In this document: positions 43,781-53,639 of the stretch, one piece after another | Layout: each line of letters opens with the position of its first letter | Position numbering within the stretch: the first letter of the stretch is position 1 | Origin: Nitrospiria bacterium | Lineage (GTDB): Bacteria; Nitrospirota; Nitrospiria; Nitrospirales; NS-4 | Reading direction: 5' to 3' | Length of the DNA stretch: 64,000 nt | NCBI GenBank assembly: GCA_041490525.1 | Contig: JBGPTH010000004.1 | Coordinates: 17,635-81,634, forward strand | Notes under the pieces: model-generated | The model's database searches: none | Told to the model about the DNA's origin: nothing | Seen by the model: the letters and a program-made list of their open reading frames with translations, nothing else | Program-made: the position numbers and the translations under genes

Positions 43781-44320
43781 TCACGCGTCATGCTGCTCCC
43801 CGAAGGTTGCGCCTATCCAGTCCCCGACGAAATGCGTGATGGTGATCACCAGGAAGGCGATGAGCACGTGCTCGAGGATGACCGGCCACGGCTTCACGCG
43901 CTGCTCCCTGGCGATGTAAAAGCTGAGCGCGGCCAAGAGGAGCAACCCCCACACGACGCTCACGCCGATGGCGAGCGTCAGCGGAAGCGCCAGGACCGGC
44001 ACCACAAAGGTGAGGGCGAACACGAACTTAGCCAGGAACGTCGCACCCGTTGACTCCCACACCGCCAGGTTCGTATGCCGGTTCTGGGATTCCTGGGAAA
44101 TATGCATCCCGAGGGCGTCCGAGAAGGCGTCCGCCACCGCGATGGTCAGAACGCCGCCGATCACGGCCACCCTCGAATGCGTGCCGGAGTGCAACCCGAC
44201 GATCAGCCCCAGGGTCGTGATGATCCCGGAGGTGATCCCGAACGCCAGCCCGGTCTTAAATGAGCCTTTGATCATCCGCGGCCTCTTATTTGCGCGCCAG
44301 CTTCGCCGCGTCCGCCGCAT
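43781..44320 (-). CDS. VIT1/CCC1-family membrane protein (putative Fe/Mn transporter)
   Basis: GLAFGITSGIITTLGLIVGL and TIAVADAFSDALGMHISQES patterns. An alternative start (MIKGSF) lies at 44275. Confidence 0.55.
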   Translation of the reverse strand: MRRTRRSWRANKRPRMIKGSFKTGLAFGITSGIITTLGLIVGLHSGTHSRVAVIGGVLTIAVADAFSDALGMHISQESQNRHTNLAVWESTGATFLAKFVFALTFVVPVLALPLTLAIGVSVVWGLLLLAALSFYIAREQRVKPWPVILEHVLIAFLVITITHFVGDWIGATFGEQHDA

Positions 44321-44356
44321 CCACGACGGCGCCCACGTCCTTGGTCGAGTCCCTCC

Positions 44357-45589
44357 TCACTCATAGCGCAGCGCGTCGATTGGGTTGAGCCGCGACGCCT
44401 TGTTGGCCGGGTAGATGCCAAACACAATGCCGACCGCCACCGAAAAGCCGAAGGCAATCGCAGCAGCCTCTAGAGAGATGAAAATCGGCCACCCCGCGAA
44501 CTTGGTCATCAGATACGCACCCGCAATGCCGGCCGCCACCCCAATGATCCCTCCGGTCAGGCCGAGAATGATCGCCTCGCTAAGGAACTGCAGGAGGATA
44601 TGCCAGCGCTTGGCCCCCACGGCCATCCGGATGCCGATCTCGCGCGTTCGCTCCACGACCGATACGAACATGATGTTCATGATGCCGATGCCGCCGACCA
44701 GCAGCGAGATGGAGGCGATGCTGAGCAGCATCAGCATCATCGTGCGACTGGCACTGGCCGAGGCCTTCGCGACGTCCTCCATCGTCCGGATCGTGAAGTC
44801 GTCGTCCTGTTTCGGTTGGATACGATGGCGTGCCCTCAGCAACTCTTTGATGTCCTCCACCACCAGGGGGACTTGTTCCCGCCGCTCGGTCGCGATCAAG
44901 ACCGCGCCAACCGTCCCGAGGAACTTCGTGCCTAAAACCTTACGCTCGGCGGTCGAAAACGGGATGTAGACGACATCGTCCTGATCCTGGCCCTGCATGG
45001 TCTGCCCTTTCCGTGCGAGGATGCCAAGAACACGAAGCGGTACGCTCTTGATCCTAATCTGCGCTCCTACCACCTCTTCGCCTTGGTCGAACAGATTGTC
45101 GACAGCAGTTTTGCCGAGGACGGCCACCTTTGCCCCATGGTCTTCATCGGACTGCGTATAGAATGTCCCCAGGGCCATCGGCCAGTCGCGAATTGTCGGG
45201 AAAACGGGAGTCGTACCAATGACCACGGTGCTCCAATTCTTATTCTCGTGCACGACCTGAAGGACCGAGCGGGTCGCATAGGTGACAGCGGAGACGCCGG
45301 CGATCTTCCGCTCAATCTCTTTCGCGTCATCGACGGTCAGCGTCGAGACCCCGCCGGTCCCGGTCCGCACTCCGCCAACCGTCGTGGCCCCGGGGATCAC
45401 GACCATCACGTTCGTTCCGAGACTGGCGATCTGGGCCTGGACGAGCGCGCCGGCGCCCTGTCCAAGACTGACCATCGCAACCACCGCCCCCACGCCAATG
45501 ATCATGCCGAGCATGGTGAGTCCCGTCCGCAAGGGATTGCGCACCAAAATACGGAGCGCCAATTGAAAGGTCATCAGCAGGAAGTTCAC
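44357..45589 (-). CDS. ABC-transporter permease, MacB/FtsX type
   Basis: 410 aa: N-terminal TM helix, large periplasmic domain and a C-terminal FtsX 3-TM bundle. Confidence 0.8.
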   Translation of the reverse strand: MNFLLMTFQLALRILVRNPLRTGLTMLGMIIGVGAVVAMVSLGQGAGALVQAQIASLGTNVMVVIPGATTVGGVRTGTGGVSTLTVDDAKEIERKIAGVSAVTYATRSVLQVVHENKNWSTVVIGTTPVFPTIRDWPMALGTFYTQSDEDHGAKVAVLGKTAVDNLFDQGEEVVGAQIRIKSVPLRVLGILARKGQTMQGQDQDDVVYIPFSTAERKVLGTKFLGTVGAVLIATERREQVPLVVEDIKELLRARHRIQPKQDDDFTIRTMEDVAKASASASRTMMLMLLSIASISLLVGGIGIMNIMFVSVVERTREIGIRMAVGAKRWHILLQFLSEAIILGLTGGIIGVAAGIAGAYLMTKFAGWPIFISLEAAAIAFGFSVAVGIVFGIYPANKASRLNPIDALRYE

Positions 45590-45623
45590 GCGCGCACCTG
45601 TGGCTGCCCTACGAAAAAAGGAC

Positions 45624-46973
45624 TCATCGCATTGGCGGGCCTCCTCCGAATCCTGGAGGCAACGCTTTTTGTTCTTGCTCGCCCACCGTTTCGACGCCGA
45701 CGATCACCGCATCACCCTCGTGGATGTCCCCTCCCACGACCTCTGTAAACGCCGAGTCGACGATCCCGGCTTGGAACGTAATCGGACGCGGCATGCCTTT
45801 GTTGTCCAATTTCCACACGACCGCTTTCTGCCGTTCGATCGGAGCGCCGGGCAGCTTAAAGCGAGGGGCCGCGTTCGGGACACGGAGTACCTGATCCTTC
45901 CTCAGCGTGACGATTGAGACATTGGCTGTCATGCCGGGCTTGAGCTTGAGGGCACGGTTGTCCGCGCCGATCACGACGTCGTAGGTCACCACGTTCTGGA
46001 TGCTGATTGGCGCATTCCGCACTTGCACGACCGTCCCCTTGAACGGCTGATTCGGATAGGCGTCCACCGTGAACTCCGCGTCCTTGCCCTCGGCCACGCC
46101 GCCGATGTCCGACTCGCTCACGTTGGCGTCCACTTGCATATGAGTTAAGTCTTGAGCGATCAGAAAGAGCGTCGGGGCCTGGAGACTGGCTGCGACAGTT
46201 TGACCGACATCGACGTTCCTCGAGACGACGATTCCATCAACCGGGGAGTTGATCGTACAGTGCTTCAGGTCGAGTTTAGCAGAGTCCAGAACCGCCGCGG
46301 CCTGGTCCACTCCCGCAATGCTGAGATCGACCTGCGCGATGGCATCCCGGTAATTGGTCACCGCCAGATCGAGATCTGACTGCGCCACGAAATCCTGGCC
46401 GCGCAGCTCCACCATCCGGTCCATCTCAAGCTTCCGCTGCGCCAAATCCGTCCGGGCTTTGACGAGGTTGCTCTGGGCGGTTTTCAGGTTGGCGCGTGCC
46501 TGATCGACTTTCGCCTCGAACGGCTCTGGGTCAACCTGGGCAACCACCTGCCCCGCTTTTACGATCGAGTTGAAATCGGCGTAGAGTGCCTTGATGATGC
46601 CTGACACTTGACTCCCAACTTGCACCGTGATCACTGGATTGACCGTCCCCGTGGCTGTGACCACCGCACTGATGGGACCACGGTCCACGCGAACCGTCTT
46701 ATAGCGTTCCACGGGAGCGGCAGGCGTCAGCCAGTACCAGTAGGCGGCCCCGGCCAGCGCGGTCCCCACCACGAGGGCGGCCAGCGCCAGCCCGCGCCGG
46801 AAACGCCGGTGGGGACCCGGCTCAGGCACGGGCATCATCGCCGGAAGGTGGACCGGTCCCTCGATGACGACGGGCTCGGCAGGCCGAGCCGGGTCGGCAA
46901 TGTCGGCCCTACGCGCCTGAACCTCCGGAACCAGCTTGTCTTCCGTTTTGTGGCCGTTGCCGTCCGGCTTCAT
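45624..46973 (-). CDS. HlyD/MacA-type periplasmic adaptor
   Basis: 449 aa with a TM anchor, coiled-coil hairpin (QARANLKTAQSNLVKARTDLAQ) and beta-barrel region. Confidence 0.8.
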   Translation of the reverse strand: MKPDGNGHKTEDKLVPEVQARRADIADPARPAEPVVIEGPVHLPAMMPVPEPGPHRRFRRGLALAALVVGTALAGAAYWYWLTPAAPVERYKTVRVDRGPISAVVTATGTVNPVITVQVGSQVSGIIKALYADFNSIVKAGQVVAQVDPEPFEAKVDQARANLKTAQSNLVKARTDLAQRKLEMDRMVELRGQDFVAQSDLDLAVTNYRDAIAQVDLSIAGVDQAAAVLDSAKLDLKHCTINSPVDGIVVSRNVDVGQTVAASLQAPTLFLIAQDLTHMQVDANVSESDIGGVAEGKDAEFTVDAYPNQPFKGTVVQVRNAPISIQNVVTYDVVIGADNRALKLKPGMTANVSIVTLRKDQVLRVPNAAPRFKLPGAPIERQKAVVWKLDNKGMPRPITFQAGIVDSAFTEVVGGDIHEGDAVIVGVETVGEQEQKALPPGFGGGPPMR

Positions 46974-47009
46974 GGATCGGTTCCTCGTGAACCCAGGGTC
47001 GTCCCCACT

Positions 47010-47102
47010 CTAATGACACTCGGTGGGGCAGAATACGATGTACAGGAAGATCGCGATCCCGAGGAGGACCGCTCCGAGCAGAATCCATTGTGTTCGCGTC
47101 AT
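47010..47102 (-). CDS. 30-aa single-TM mini-protein ending CPTECH
   Basis: Hand translation: MTRTQWILLGAVLLGIAIFLYIVFCPTECH. A GGAGGG Shine-Dalgarno lies 5 nt upstream. Confidence 0.4.
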   Translation of the reverse strand: MTRTQWILLGAVLLGIAIFLYIVFCPTECH

Positions 47103-47170
47103 GGCGCCCTCCAGTCAAACCGGCTCAAGTCTTCTCAATCTCCAGGATCATCACCGCATCGTTCCGCTGG

Positions 47171-50008
47171 TCAGGAACGGCCGCGTGACAAGAACCTGGC
47201 CGTCACCAGCTTTCGAATCTCCTCGGCGAGCAGCAAGGCGGCCGCCCCGACTAGAAGCGGCCCCCACGCCCACCAAGGCAGCGGGCCGGTGCCGAGGACC
47301 AGATTGCCGAAGGGGGTGTACACGATCAGCGCCAGCAAGGTCAGTTCCACGGCGATTCCCCACAGGATGAACGGATTGGTCAGGAACCCGAGCCGGAAGG
47401 CCGACACCCGCTCGGATCGGCAGGCAAACACGTTGGCAACCTGGGCCACGACGATCGCGGCGAACGTGATGGTAGTGGCCTGCCGATACAGCGGATCGGT
47501 CCAGTCGAGGGGCGCCCCCCAGGTCCAACCCTGCGCGCGTAGGAACCAGAAGAAGGCCGCCATCGCGATCCCCGCCTCGATCAGCCCAAGGAAGGCGTAG
47601 GCCCGCAGGAGGAGCGAGAGGCTCAGGAGCCGTTCGGTCCGCGGGCGCGGGGGCAGGTCCATGATTCCCGCATGAGGCGCTTCCGCGCCCAAGGCCAGGG
47701 CCGGGACCATATCGGTCCCCAGATCCACCGCAAGGATCTGCGGCACCGTCAGCGGCAAGGGGATCGCGAAGAGCCCGTAGCCCAGGTACGGAACAATTTC
47801 GGGAACATTGCTGGACAGCACGTAGGTCACGAACTTGCGGATGTTGGCGTACACCGCACGCCCTTCTTCGATCGCGTTGACGATGGTGGCGAAATTGTCG
47901 TCCAGCAGGATCATGTCGGCGGTCTCCTTCGCCACATCGGTACCGGCCACCCCCATGGCGATCCCGATGTCGGCCTTCTGGAGCGCGGGGGCGTCGTTGA
48001 CTCCATCCCCGGTGACCGCCACGACCTCGCCCATATCCTTCAACACCGAGACGACCCGCATCTTGTGGCGCGGAGCCATCCGGGCGAAGACGGGCTCGGT
48101 GTTATTAGAACGCTGCTCATGACCCGTTGCATTTGAGGCAACGGGTACCCCGACCTCGCAGCTACGGAAGCCGCAGGCGCTAGCGGACGGCGCAAGCAAT
48201 CGGCGCAACTCCTCGTCGCTCATGCCGTCCAGTTGGGACCCTTCGAGCACTGCCCTGGAGTCGTCCGGCGACCCCTTCGCTTCCGGCGGCACCAGCCCGA
48301 TCTTGCGCGCGAGCGCCAGGGCAGTCAGCGGGTGATCCCCCGTGATCATGATGACCCGGACTCCGGCCTTTCGGCAGCGGGCCACCGCCTCGGGGACTTC
48401 CCGGTGCGGCGGGTCCATCATGGCCACGAGGCCGAGGAAGGTCAGATCCCGTTCCACCGCGTCGGGCCCCAGGTCCTGGGCGGCGCCGGTCTCGATCTCC
48501 CGCATGGCCACGGCGAGCACCCGGTAGGCCTGCTGGGCGAACGCGCGGCTCTGAGCGAGGATCGTGGTCCGCTCGCTGGGGGTCATCAGCGAGACATCCG
48601 CATGAACCCGGCTCCGGTTGCAGAGCGGGAGAAGAAACTCCGGCGCGCCTTTGACGAAGGCCACCAAGCGCCCTTCCATCCAATGGATCGTGCTCATCCG
48701 CTTGCGGTCTGCATCGAAGGGGAGTTCGCCCATCCTGGGAAAGTGGTCCCGGTCCATGGCCCCGTAGGCCTCGGCGAATTCGACGAGGGCAACTTCCGTG
48801 GGATCTCCCGTGAACGAGACCTGACCCGTTTGGCGCCGCACGCGCTTGGCATTGTTGCAGAGGGTGAGGCCCTGAAACAGGGGCTCCCACTGCTCCCGGT
48901 CGTACGCGCTGGGCTCTTTTCCATGCACGAGCAGGCGGCTCTCCCCCGCCTCAACTTCCACGCCATCCACGTAGAGACGGTCCACCCGCATCCGGTTCTC
49001 GGTGAGCGTGCCGGTTTTGTCCGTGCAGATCACGGTCGTGCAGCCCAGCGTCTCGACGGACGTCAACTGTTTGATGATCGCCTTGCGGCGGGCCATCCGC
49101 TGGCTGCCGACCGCGAGCGCCAAGGTCACCGTCGGCAGAAGCCCCTCCGGCACGTTGGCGACGATGATCCCCACCCCGAACACAAAACTGACCCAGACCC
49201 CCCGCCCCATGGACACGCCAATGAAGAAAAAGATGATTCCCATGACCGCCGCGAGGAGGGCGACGACATGCGTGACCGTCACGATCTCGCGCTGGAGCGG
49301 GCTAAGCCCCGACTCGACCGTGGCAGCCAGGTGCGCGATCTTCCCGAACTCGGTCCGCATCCCGGTCGCATAGACGACGGCCCGGCCGCGCCCGGACAGG
49401 ACCGTCGTGCCGGCAAAGACCAGGTTGGGAGCGTCGAGGGCATTCCCTGCGGTCACCGGCTCGGCCAGCCGGCGCTTCGGCTTGGCCTCCCCCGTCAGCG
49501 AGGAGTTGTCCACGCGCATCTGGATGGATTCGATCAGCCGCGCATCGGCCGGAACCTGTTCCCCTTCTTCGAGCAGGAGGAAATCCCCCGGCACCAGTTC
49601 CCGCCGCGGGACTTGAGTGGTATGGCCCGACCGGACCACCCACGCCGTGGCCGGCAGGAGCCGTCGCAGGGCCTGCACGGCCCGCTCCGCTTTGTATTCC
49701 TGAACGAAGGTGAAGAGGGCGTTGATCAGAATGACGCCCATGATCGCCCACCCCAGCGTGGCCATGCCCTCGCCGGGCTTCAGGGCTTCGGCGAGAAAGG
49801 ACAGGCCGGCGGCGATCCAGAGGAGGAGGGCCAGGAAGTGCGTGAACTGCCGTAGAAACCGCTTGGTGAGGGGAGGTCCCTTGACCTCCTGGAGGCTGTT
49901 GGGTCCATGCAGGAGGAGGCGCCGGCGCGCCTCCTCCTGCAAAAGGCCGTCCGGCGAGGTGCCGAGTTCCTTCAGGACCTCGCTGTCACGAAGGCGAAAG
50001 ATCTCCAT
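47171..50008 (-). CDS. Cation-transporting P-type ATPase (P2, Ca2+/CtpF-like)
   Basis: DKTGTLT phosphorylation site, TGD, GDGVNDAPAL hinge and 10-TM layout. Confidence 0.85.
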   Translation of the reverse strand: MEIFRLRDSEVLKELGTSPDGLLQEEARRRLLLHGPNSLQEVKGPPLTKRFLRQFTHFLALLLWIAAGLSFLAEALKPGEGMATLGWAIMGVILINALFTFVQEYKAERAVQALRRLLPATAWVVRSGHTTQVPRRELVPGDFLLLEEGEQVPADARLIESIQMRVDNSSLTGEAKPKRRLAEPVTAGNALDAPNLVFAGTTVLSGRGRAVVYATGMRTEFGKIAHLAATVESGLSPLQREIVTVTHVVALLAAVMGIIFFFIGVSMGRGVWVSFVFGVGIIVANVPEGLLPTVTLALAVGSQRMARRKAIIKQLTSVETLGCTTVICTDKTGTLTENRMRVDRLYVDGVEVEAGESRLLVHGKEPSAYDREQWEPLFQGLTLCNNAKRVRRQTGQVSFTGDPTEVALVEFAEAYGAMDRDHFPRMGELPFDADRKRMSTIHWMEGRLVAFVKGAPEFLLPLCNRSRVHADVSLMTPSERTTILAQSRAFAQQAYRVLAVAMREIETGAAQDLGPDAVERDLTFLGLVAMMDPPHREVPEAVARCRKAGVRVIMITGDHPLTALALARKIGLVPPEAKGSPDDSRAVLEGSQLDGMSDEELRRLLAPSASACGFRSCEVGVPVASNATGHEQRSNNTEPVFARMAPRHKMRVVSVLKDMGEVVAVTGDGVNDAPALQKADIGIAMGVAGTDVAKETADMILLDDNFATIVNAIEEGRAVYANIRKFVTYVLSSNVPEIVPYLGYGLFAIPLPLTVPQILAVDLGTDMVPALALGAEAPHAGIMDLPPRPRTERLLSLSLLLRAYAFLGLIEAGIAMAAFFWFLRAQGWTWGAPLDWTDPLYRQATTITFAAIVVAQVANVFACRSERVSAFRLGFLTNPFILWGIAVELTLLALIVYTPFGNLVLGTGPLPWWAWGPLLVGAAALLLAEEIRKLVTARFLSRGRS

Positions 50009-50075
50009 CAGCGTAGACCCTCACCTGTCGTGCGCGCGACCGAGGGCGGACCGGCACTCACACCCAAGAGACCTG

Positions 50076-50339
50076 TCACCGGCTGCGAAATTTATCTTCC
50101 AGGCGTCGTCCCTTTGCAGCCTGCCGGAGGCCGTTCTTCTTGCGGCGTTCCTCCACGAGGATCCGTTCCGCCATGAACCAATCCTCCTGATCCCGCCCAT
50201 GCCCGCCGCCACGTTGCAGATATAACTCGTACGCCAGCCGCGCCACTTGTTCCGGAGCAACCGCCGGTTTGGGGGGCTTCGGCTTGGGGGGCTTCACCGC
50301 TTTCGCCTTAGGTTTTTTGCCCGGCATCTCGCGCCTCAC
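50076..50339 (-). CDS. DUF2934-domain protein
   Basis: QVARLAYELYLQRGGGHGRDQEDWFMAERIL preceded by a Lys/Pro-rich N-terminus. Confidence 0.6.
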   Translation of the reverse strand: MRREMPGKKPKAKAVKPPKPKPPKPAVAPEQVARLAYELYLQRGGGHGRDQEDWFMAERILVEERRKKNGLRQAAKGRRLEDKFRSR

Positions 50340-51270
50340 CTCCGGACCGGGATTGATATTTGGGGCTCTTTACCGTGAACACCGGGCAGGCGGCATGCCT
50401 CACGACGTATTCGGCCACGCTGCCGAGCGCCAGCCTCTTCAGACCGCCGCGCCCGTGGGTCCCCATCACAATGGCATCGGCCGCTCTCCCCGCCTCGCCC
50501 CTGGCCTGGGTCAGGATCACCCCGGCCGGCGCACCCATTTCGACGACACTCTCGGCTGCGACGCCGTCGGCCTTCAACACCGACACCAGCTCCTGCAGCC
50601 GCTCGCGAACCCGCGCCTGCAGGGCCTTCTCATCGCTTACATGCATCAGGCTGAAGTCCAGGGGATACGCCGCCGGCTCCATGGCGTGCACCAGTCGGAT
50701 GCCCGCGCCGAGCCGTTTGGCGAGCAAGGCGGCATACTCGAAGGCCTCCTGCGCGAACTCCGAGAAGTCCATGGGCACCAGCAAGCGGTCCACCCGCACC
50801 CCGCCCGGACTCTCCATGCGCTCCTCCGCCTTCGTGACCCGCACCGTCAGGACCGGACAGGGGGCCTCCCGCACCACCTGTTCCGCCGTGCTGCCCAGGA
50901 GCAGGCGATCCCAGCCGGTCCGCCCATGCGTCCCCAGCACCACCAGGATGGCCCCCGTCTTCCCCGCGACTTCCGAGATACGGACCGCGGAGACTCCGTA
51001 TTCTTGCATGGGCTCAGGCCGGAGTCCGGCCTCCTCCGCCACACGGACCAGGCGTCCCAGTTCAAGCTTGGACTCGTTCTGAAGGCGCTCCAGATAGAGG
51101 GTGTTGACCGGGAACTCCCGGTCCAGCCCCGGCGGCCCTTCCAGCACATTCAGAATGACCACACGGGCATCGAGCGCCGACGCGAACCTGGCCGCATAGG
51201 CATACGCCCGTTGCGCGGGTGTCGAGAAATCGGTCGCGAGCAGAATCCGTGTGTCTCCCCGTGTCGTCAT
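50308..51270 (-). CDS. Universal stress protein, tandem Usp domains
   Basis: MTTRGDTRILLATDFSTPAQRAY... ATG 51270 avoids overlap with the upstream gene; the track start is 51402. Confidence 0.85.
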   Translation of the reverse strand: MTTRGDTRILLATDFSTPAQRAYAYAARFASALDARVVILNVLEGPPGLDREFPVNTLYLERLQNESKLELGRLVRVAEEAGLRPEPMQEYGVSAVRISEVAGKTGAILVVLGTHGRTGWDRLLLGSTAEQVVREAPCPVLTVRVTKAEERMESPGGVRVDRLLVPMDFSEFAQEAFEYAALLAKRLGAGIRLVHAMEPAAYPLDFSLMHVSDEKALQARVRERLQELVSVLKADGVAAESVVEMGAPAGVILTQARGEAGRAADAIVMGTHGRGGLKRLALGSVAEYVVRHAACPVFTVKSPKYQSRSGGEARDAGQKT

Positions 51271-51287
51271 CGCCCTCGCCGGGCTTA

Positions 51288-51491
51288 TTAACCCAGCCCT
51301 CCCTTTTCGATCTTTCGCTTCTCGGCCAGGGCCTCCGCCTGCACCGTGATCTTGCAGTGTTCGCAGATGGTCTCCGGGCCCGGCTTGCCGCAGATCAGGC
51401 AATTATGCCGCTCTTCAAACGGCCGGTCCTCCTTGTCCGTCTGCTCCTTCTTCACCTTATTCTTATTCGGCTTCTTAATTGGCGCGGCCAT
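51288..51491 (-). CDS. Small zinc-ribbon protein
   Basis: 67 aa with CLICG...CEHC and a Lys-rich N-terminus. Confidence 0.5.
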   Translation of the reverse strand: MAAPIKKPNKNKVKKEQTDKEDRPFEERHNCLICGKPGPETICEHCKITVQAEALAEKRKIEKGGLG

Positions 51492-51554
51492 GGTGTCTCC
51501 TCCTCCCTTACCATCCGGTCTGCTTTGTGCGCCCCCGTATGTCCACCGGCTGAT

Positions 51555-52085
51555 TCATGCGCGAGCCCCCCCGCGTGCGGTCGACCTCCTCTCCGCTCCC
51601 AGTCCCTTGAGCGGCACACAGAGGACGGGACAGGGAGAGGCCCGCACCACCTTCTCCGCGGTGCTGCCGAAGAAGATCTTCTCCACCTCGCCCGTCCGGC
51701 CCCCATAAGTCCCAATCACGATGAGGTCCACCTTCTCGGTCCGGGCCTGGCGCATAATCTCCGTGAAGGGGGCACCCTCGGCGATGGTCCGCCGCGTCCT
51801 CACCCCTTTCTCGGACTCCATGAGCCCCCTGAAGGAGAGCCGGACCCGGTGGCGGATTTTCTTGATCTGGCCCGCGGGAAGCGGAACCCCGAGCTGCTCC
51901 ACCGCCGCGAGCATCCGCGTGTCCACCACGTAGAGCAGACGGAGTTCGGCGTCGTATCGACGGGCGACCGACAGGGCCATACGGTAGGCCTCCAGCGAGC
52001 AGGGCGAGAAGTCGATGGGAACCAGGATGGTCGCGATCTCCGCGGAGGACTTCGCAATCGCCGGGTTCAGGGTCGGCTTGGCCAT
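51555..52085 (-). CDS. Universal stress protein, single Usp domain
   Basis: ILVPIDFSPCSLEAYRMALS...IGTYGGRTGEVEKIFFGSTAEKVVR. Confidence 0.85.
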   Translation of the reverse strand: MAKPTLNPAIAKSSAEIATILVPIDFSPCSLEAYRMALSVARRYDAELRLLYVVDTRMLAAVEQLGVPLPAGQIKKIRHRVRLSFRGLMESEKGVRTRRTIAEGAPFTEIMRQARTEKVDLIVIGTYGGRTGEVEKIFFGSTAEKVVRASPCPVLCVPLKGLGAERRSTARGGARA

Positions 52086-52097
52086 TCCGGCTCCTCA

Positions 52098-52985
52098 TTA
52101 ATCATTCAGGCCTCTCACTTTTACGACCAGCACCGCGCTCGGCGCTTTGTGGACCACCGCATGCGACACGCTCCCGAGGAAGAGGCGCTTGAGCCCGGCC
52201 AGGCCCCGCGACCCCACGACCACCAGATCCATCTTGCGTTCCTCGGCCAACCGCGCAAGCGTTTTGCCGGGATCCCCCACCAGGACCTCCGCGGTGGAAG
52301 TGAACCGGTCCGACGGAAGCTGGCGCCGGACCTTCTCGACCAGTTCCGCGGCCGCTGTTTTCACCATCGTCATGAATCGCTCGGCCCCGGACCCCGGCTC
52401 CTGCATGGCGGCCGGCTGCTCCGGCCAGACCGTCACAATGGTCAGCTCCACCTTGTCCCGGAACAATCCTCTCCCCAGGAAATCGGCCGCGCGATCCGCT
52501 TCGTCCGACCCATCATACGCCAGCAGGACCTTGCGCAGCTTGTCGAGCGGCCGCTTGACCAGGAGCACCGGGCACGAAGCCTGGCTCGCGACTTTGTAGG
52601 AGACCCCGCCCACAAACCATTCCTGCAAGGTGTCCAGCCCGCGCGATCCCAGCACCAGGAGATCGGGATGATGTCTCGCGGTCGCCTCGAGGATTGTTTC
52701 GGCGGGACGACCGACCTCGACCTCCGTCTCGACCCGGCGAGGCTCGAACGGCAAGGCCGCCTTGACTTCATTCAACAACAGATGGCCGGCTTTCGTCAGG
52801 AGATCCTGCATCCGCACATAATAGTCCGGCGGGATGAGCGGGGGCATCGAGGGATGTTGGTAGCGCGCCACGTCCACCACATGGAGCAGGCGCAGGTGGT
52901 CCGGGGGCGCGAACTGGGACAGGGCGGAGGCCGCCACCCGGGCGGACGTCGAATCGTCAACGGCAAACAGGACGCGCACGGCCAC
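52098..52985 (-). CDS. Universal stress protein, tandem Usp domains
   Basis: VLFAVDDSTSARVAA... and LLAYDGSDEADRAA... domains. Confidence 0.85.
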   Translation of the reverse strand: MAVRVLFAVDDSTSARVAASALSQFAPPDHLRLLHVVDVARYQHPSMPPLIPPDYYVRMQDLLTKAGHLLLNEVKAALPFEPRRVETEVEVGRPAETILEATARHHPDLLVLGSRGLDTLQEWFVGGVSYKVASQASCPVLLVKRPLDKLRKVLLAYDGSDEADRAADFLGRGLFRDKVELTIVTVWPEQPAAMQEPGSGAERFMTMVKTAAAELVEKVRRQLPSDRFTSTAEVLVGDPGKTLARLAEERKMDLVVVGSRGLAGLKRLFLGSVSHAVVHKAPSAVLVVKVRGLND

Positions 52986-53006
52986 TCCTCTCCTTCCGCC
53001 CGACGC

Positions 53007-53462
53007 TCACGCGACTTTGATCTCGACGCTCTTGGGCTTCGCCTTCTCGGACTTCGGCAGACGCACCCTCAGCACCCCGTCCTTGAACTCCGCGGTCACC
53101 TTGGAGGGATCGGCGTCATCCGGCAGGGTGAAGCTGCGCGCGTAGCGCCCGTAGGCGCGCTCGATGCGGTGGTACTTCTTGCCCTTCTCCTCTTTCTCGA
53201 ACTTCCGCTCCCCGGAGACCGTCAGGACGTCCTCCTCGACCGACACCTTGACGTCCTCTCTCCTGACTTCGGGCAGTTCGGCCTTGATGAGGTACTCCTT
53301 CTCGTCCTCCACGATATCCACCAGCGGCGCCCATTCGGCCACAGTCATGGCCTCTTCCTTCTCGCTGTCCTTGCGGAGCGGGGCGCGGCCGTACATCATG
53401 GACAGCCGCTTGTTCAGTTCATCCAGCTCCTTGAACGGATCCCACCTCGTGATGGCATTCAT
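53007..53462 (-). CDS. Hsp20/alpha-crystallin small heat-shock protein
   Basis: MNAITRWDPFKELDELNKRL... and AELPEVRREDVKVSVEEDVLTVSGERK. ATG 53462 follows AAGGAGG; the track start at 53582 is over-extended. Confidence 0.9.
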   Translation of the reverse strand: MNAITRWDPFKELDELNKRLSMMYGRAPLRKDSEKEEAMTVAEWAPLVDIVEDEKEYLIKAELPEVRREDVKVSVEEDVLTVSGERKFEKEEKGKKYHRIERAYGRYARSFTLPDDADPSKVTAEFKDGVLRVRLPKSEKAKPKSVEIKVA

Positions 53463-53531
53463 AGCGTATCCTCCTTTGTGATGATAGCTTTTTTGAGTCC
53501 GTTGGCCAAATTCCCTCTCCCTACTGGACCA

Positions 53532-53547
53532 CGCAAGAGAAATGCCA
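53532..53547 (-). promoter_or_regulatory. Sigma-54 promoter TGGCATTTCTCTTGCG
   Basis: Exact spacing, 69 nt before ATG 53462. Confidence 0.65.
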
Positions 53548-53639
53548 CCACGTTCCCCCGCCGCCGGCGCCGGAACCATCAAGAAATGAGGCGGTTAGAG
53601 GAAGGTCTATGGGGATAGCCGGAAGGGGGCGATCACGTT

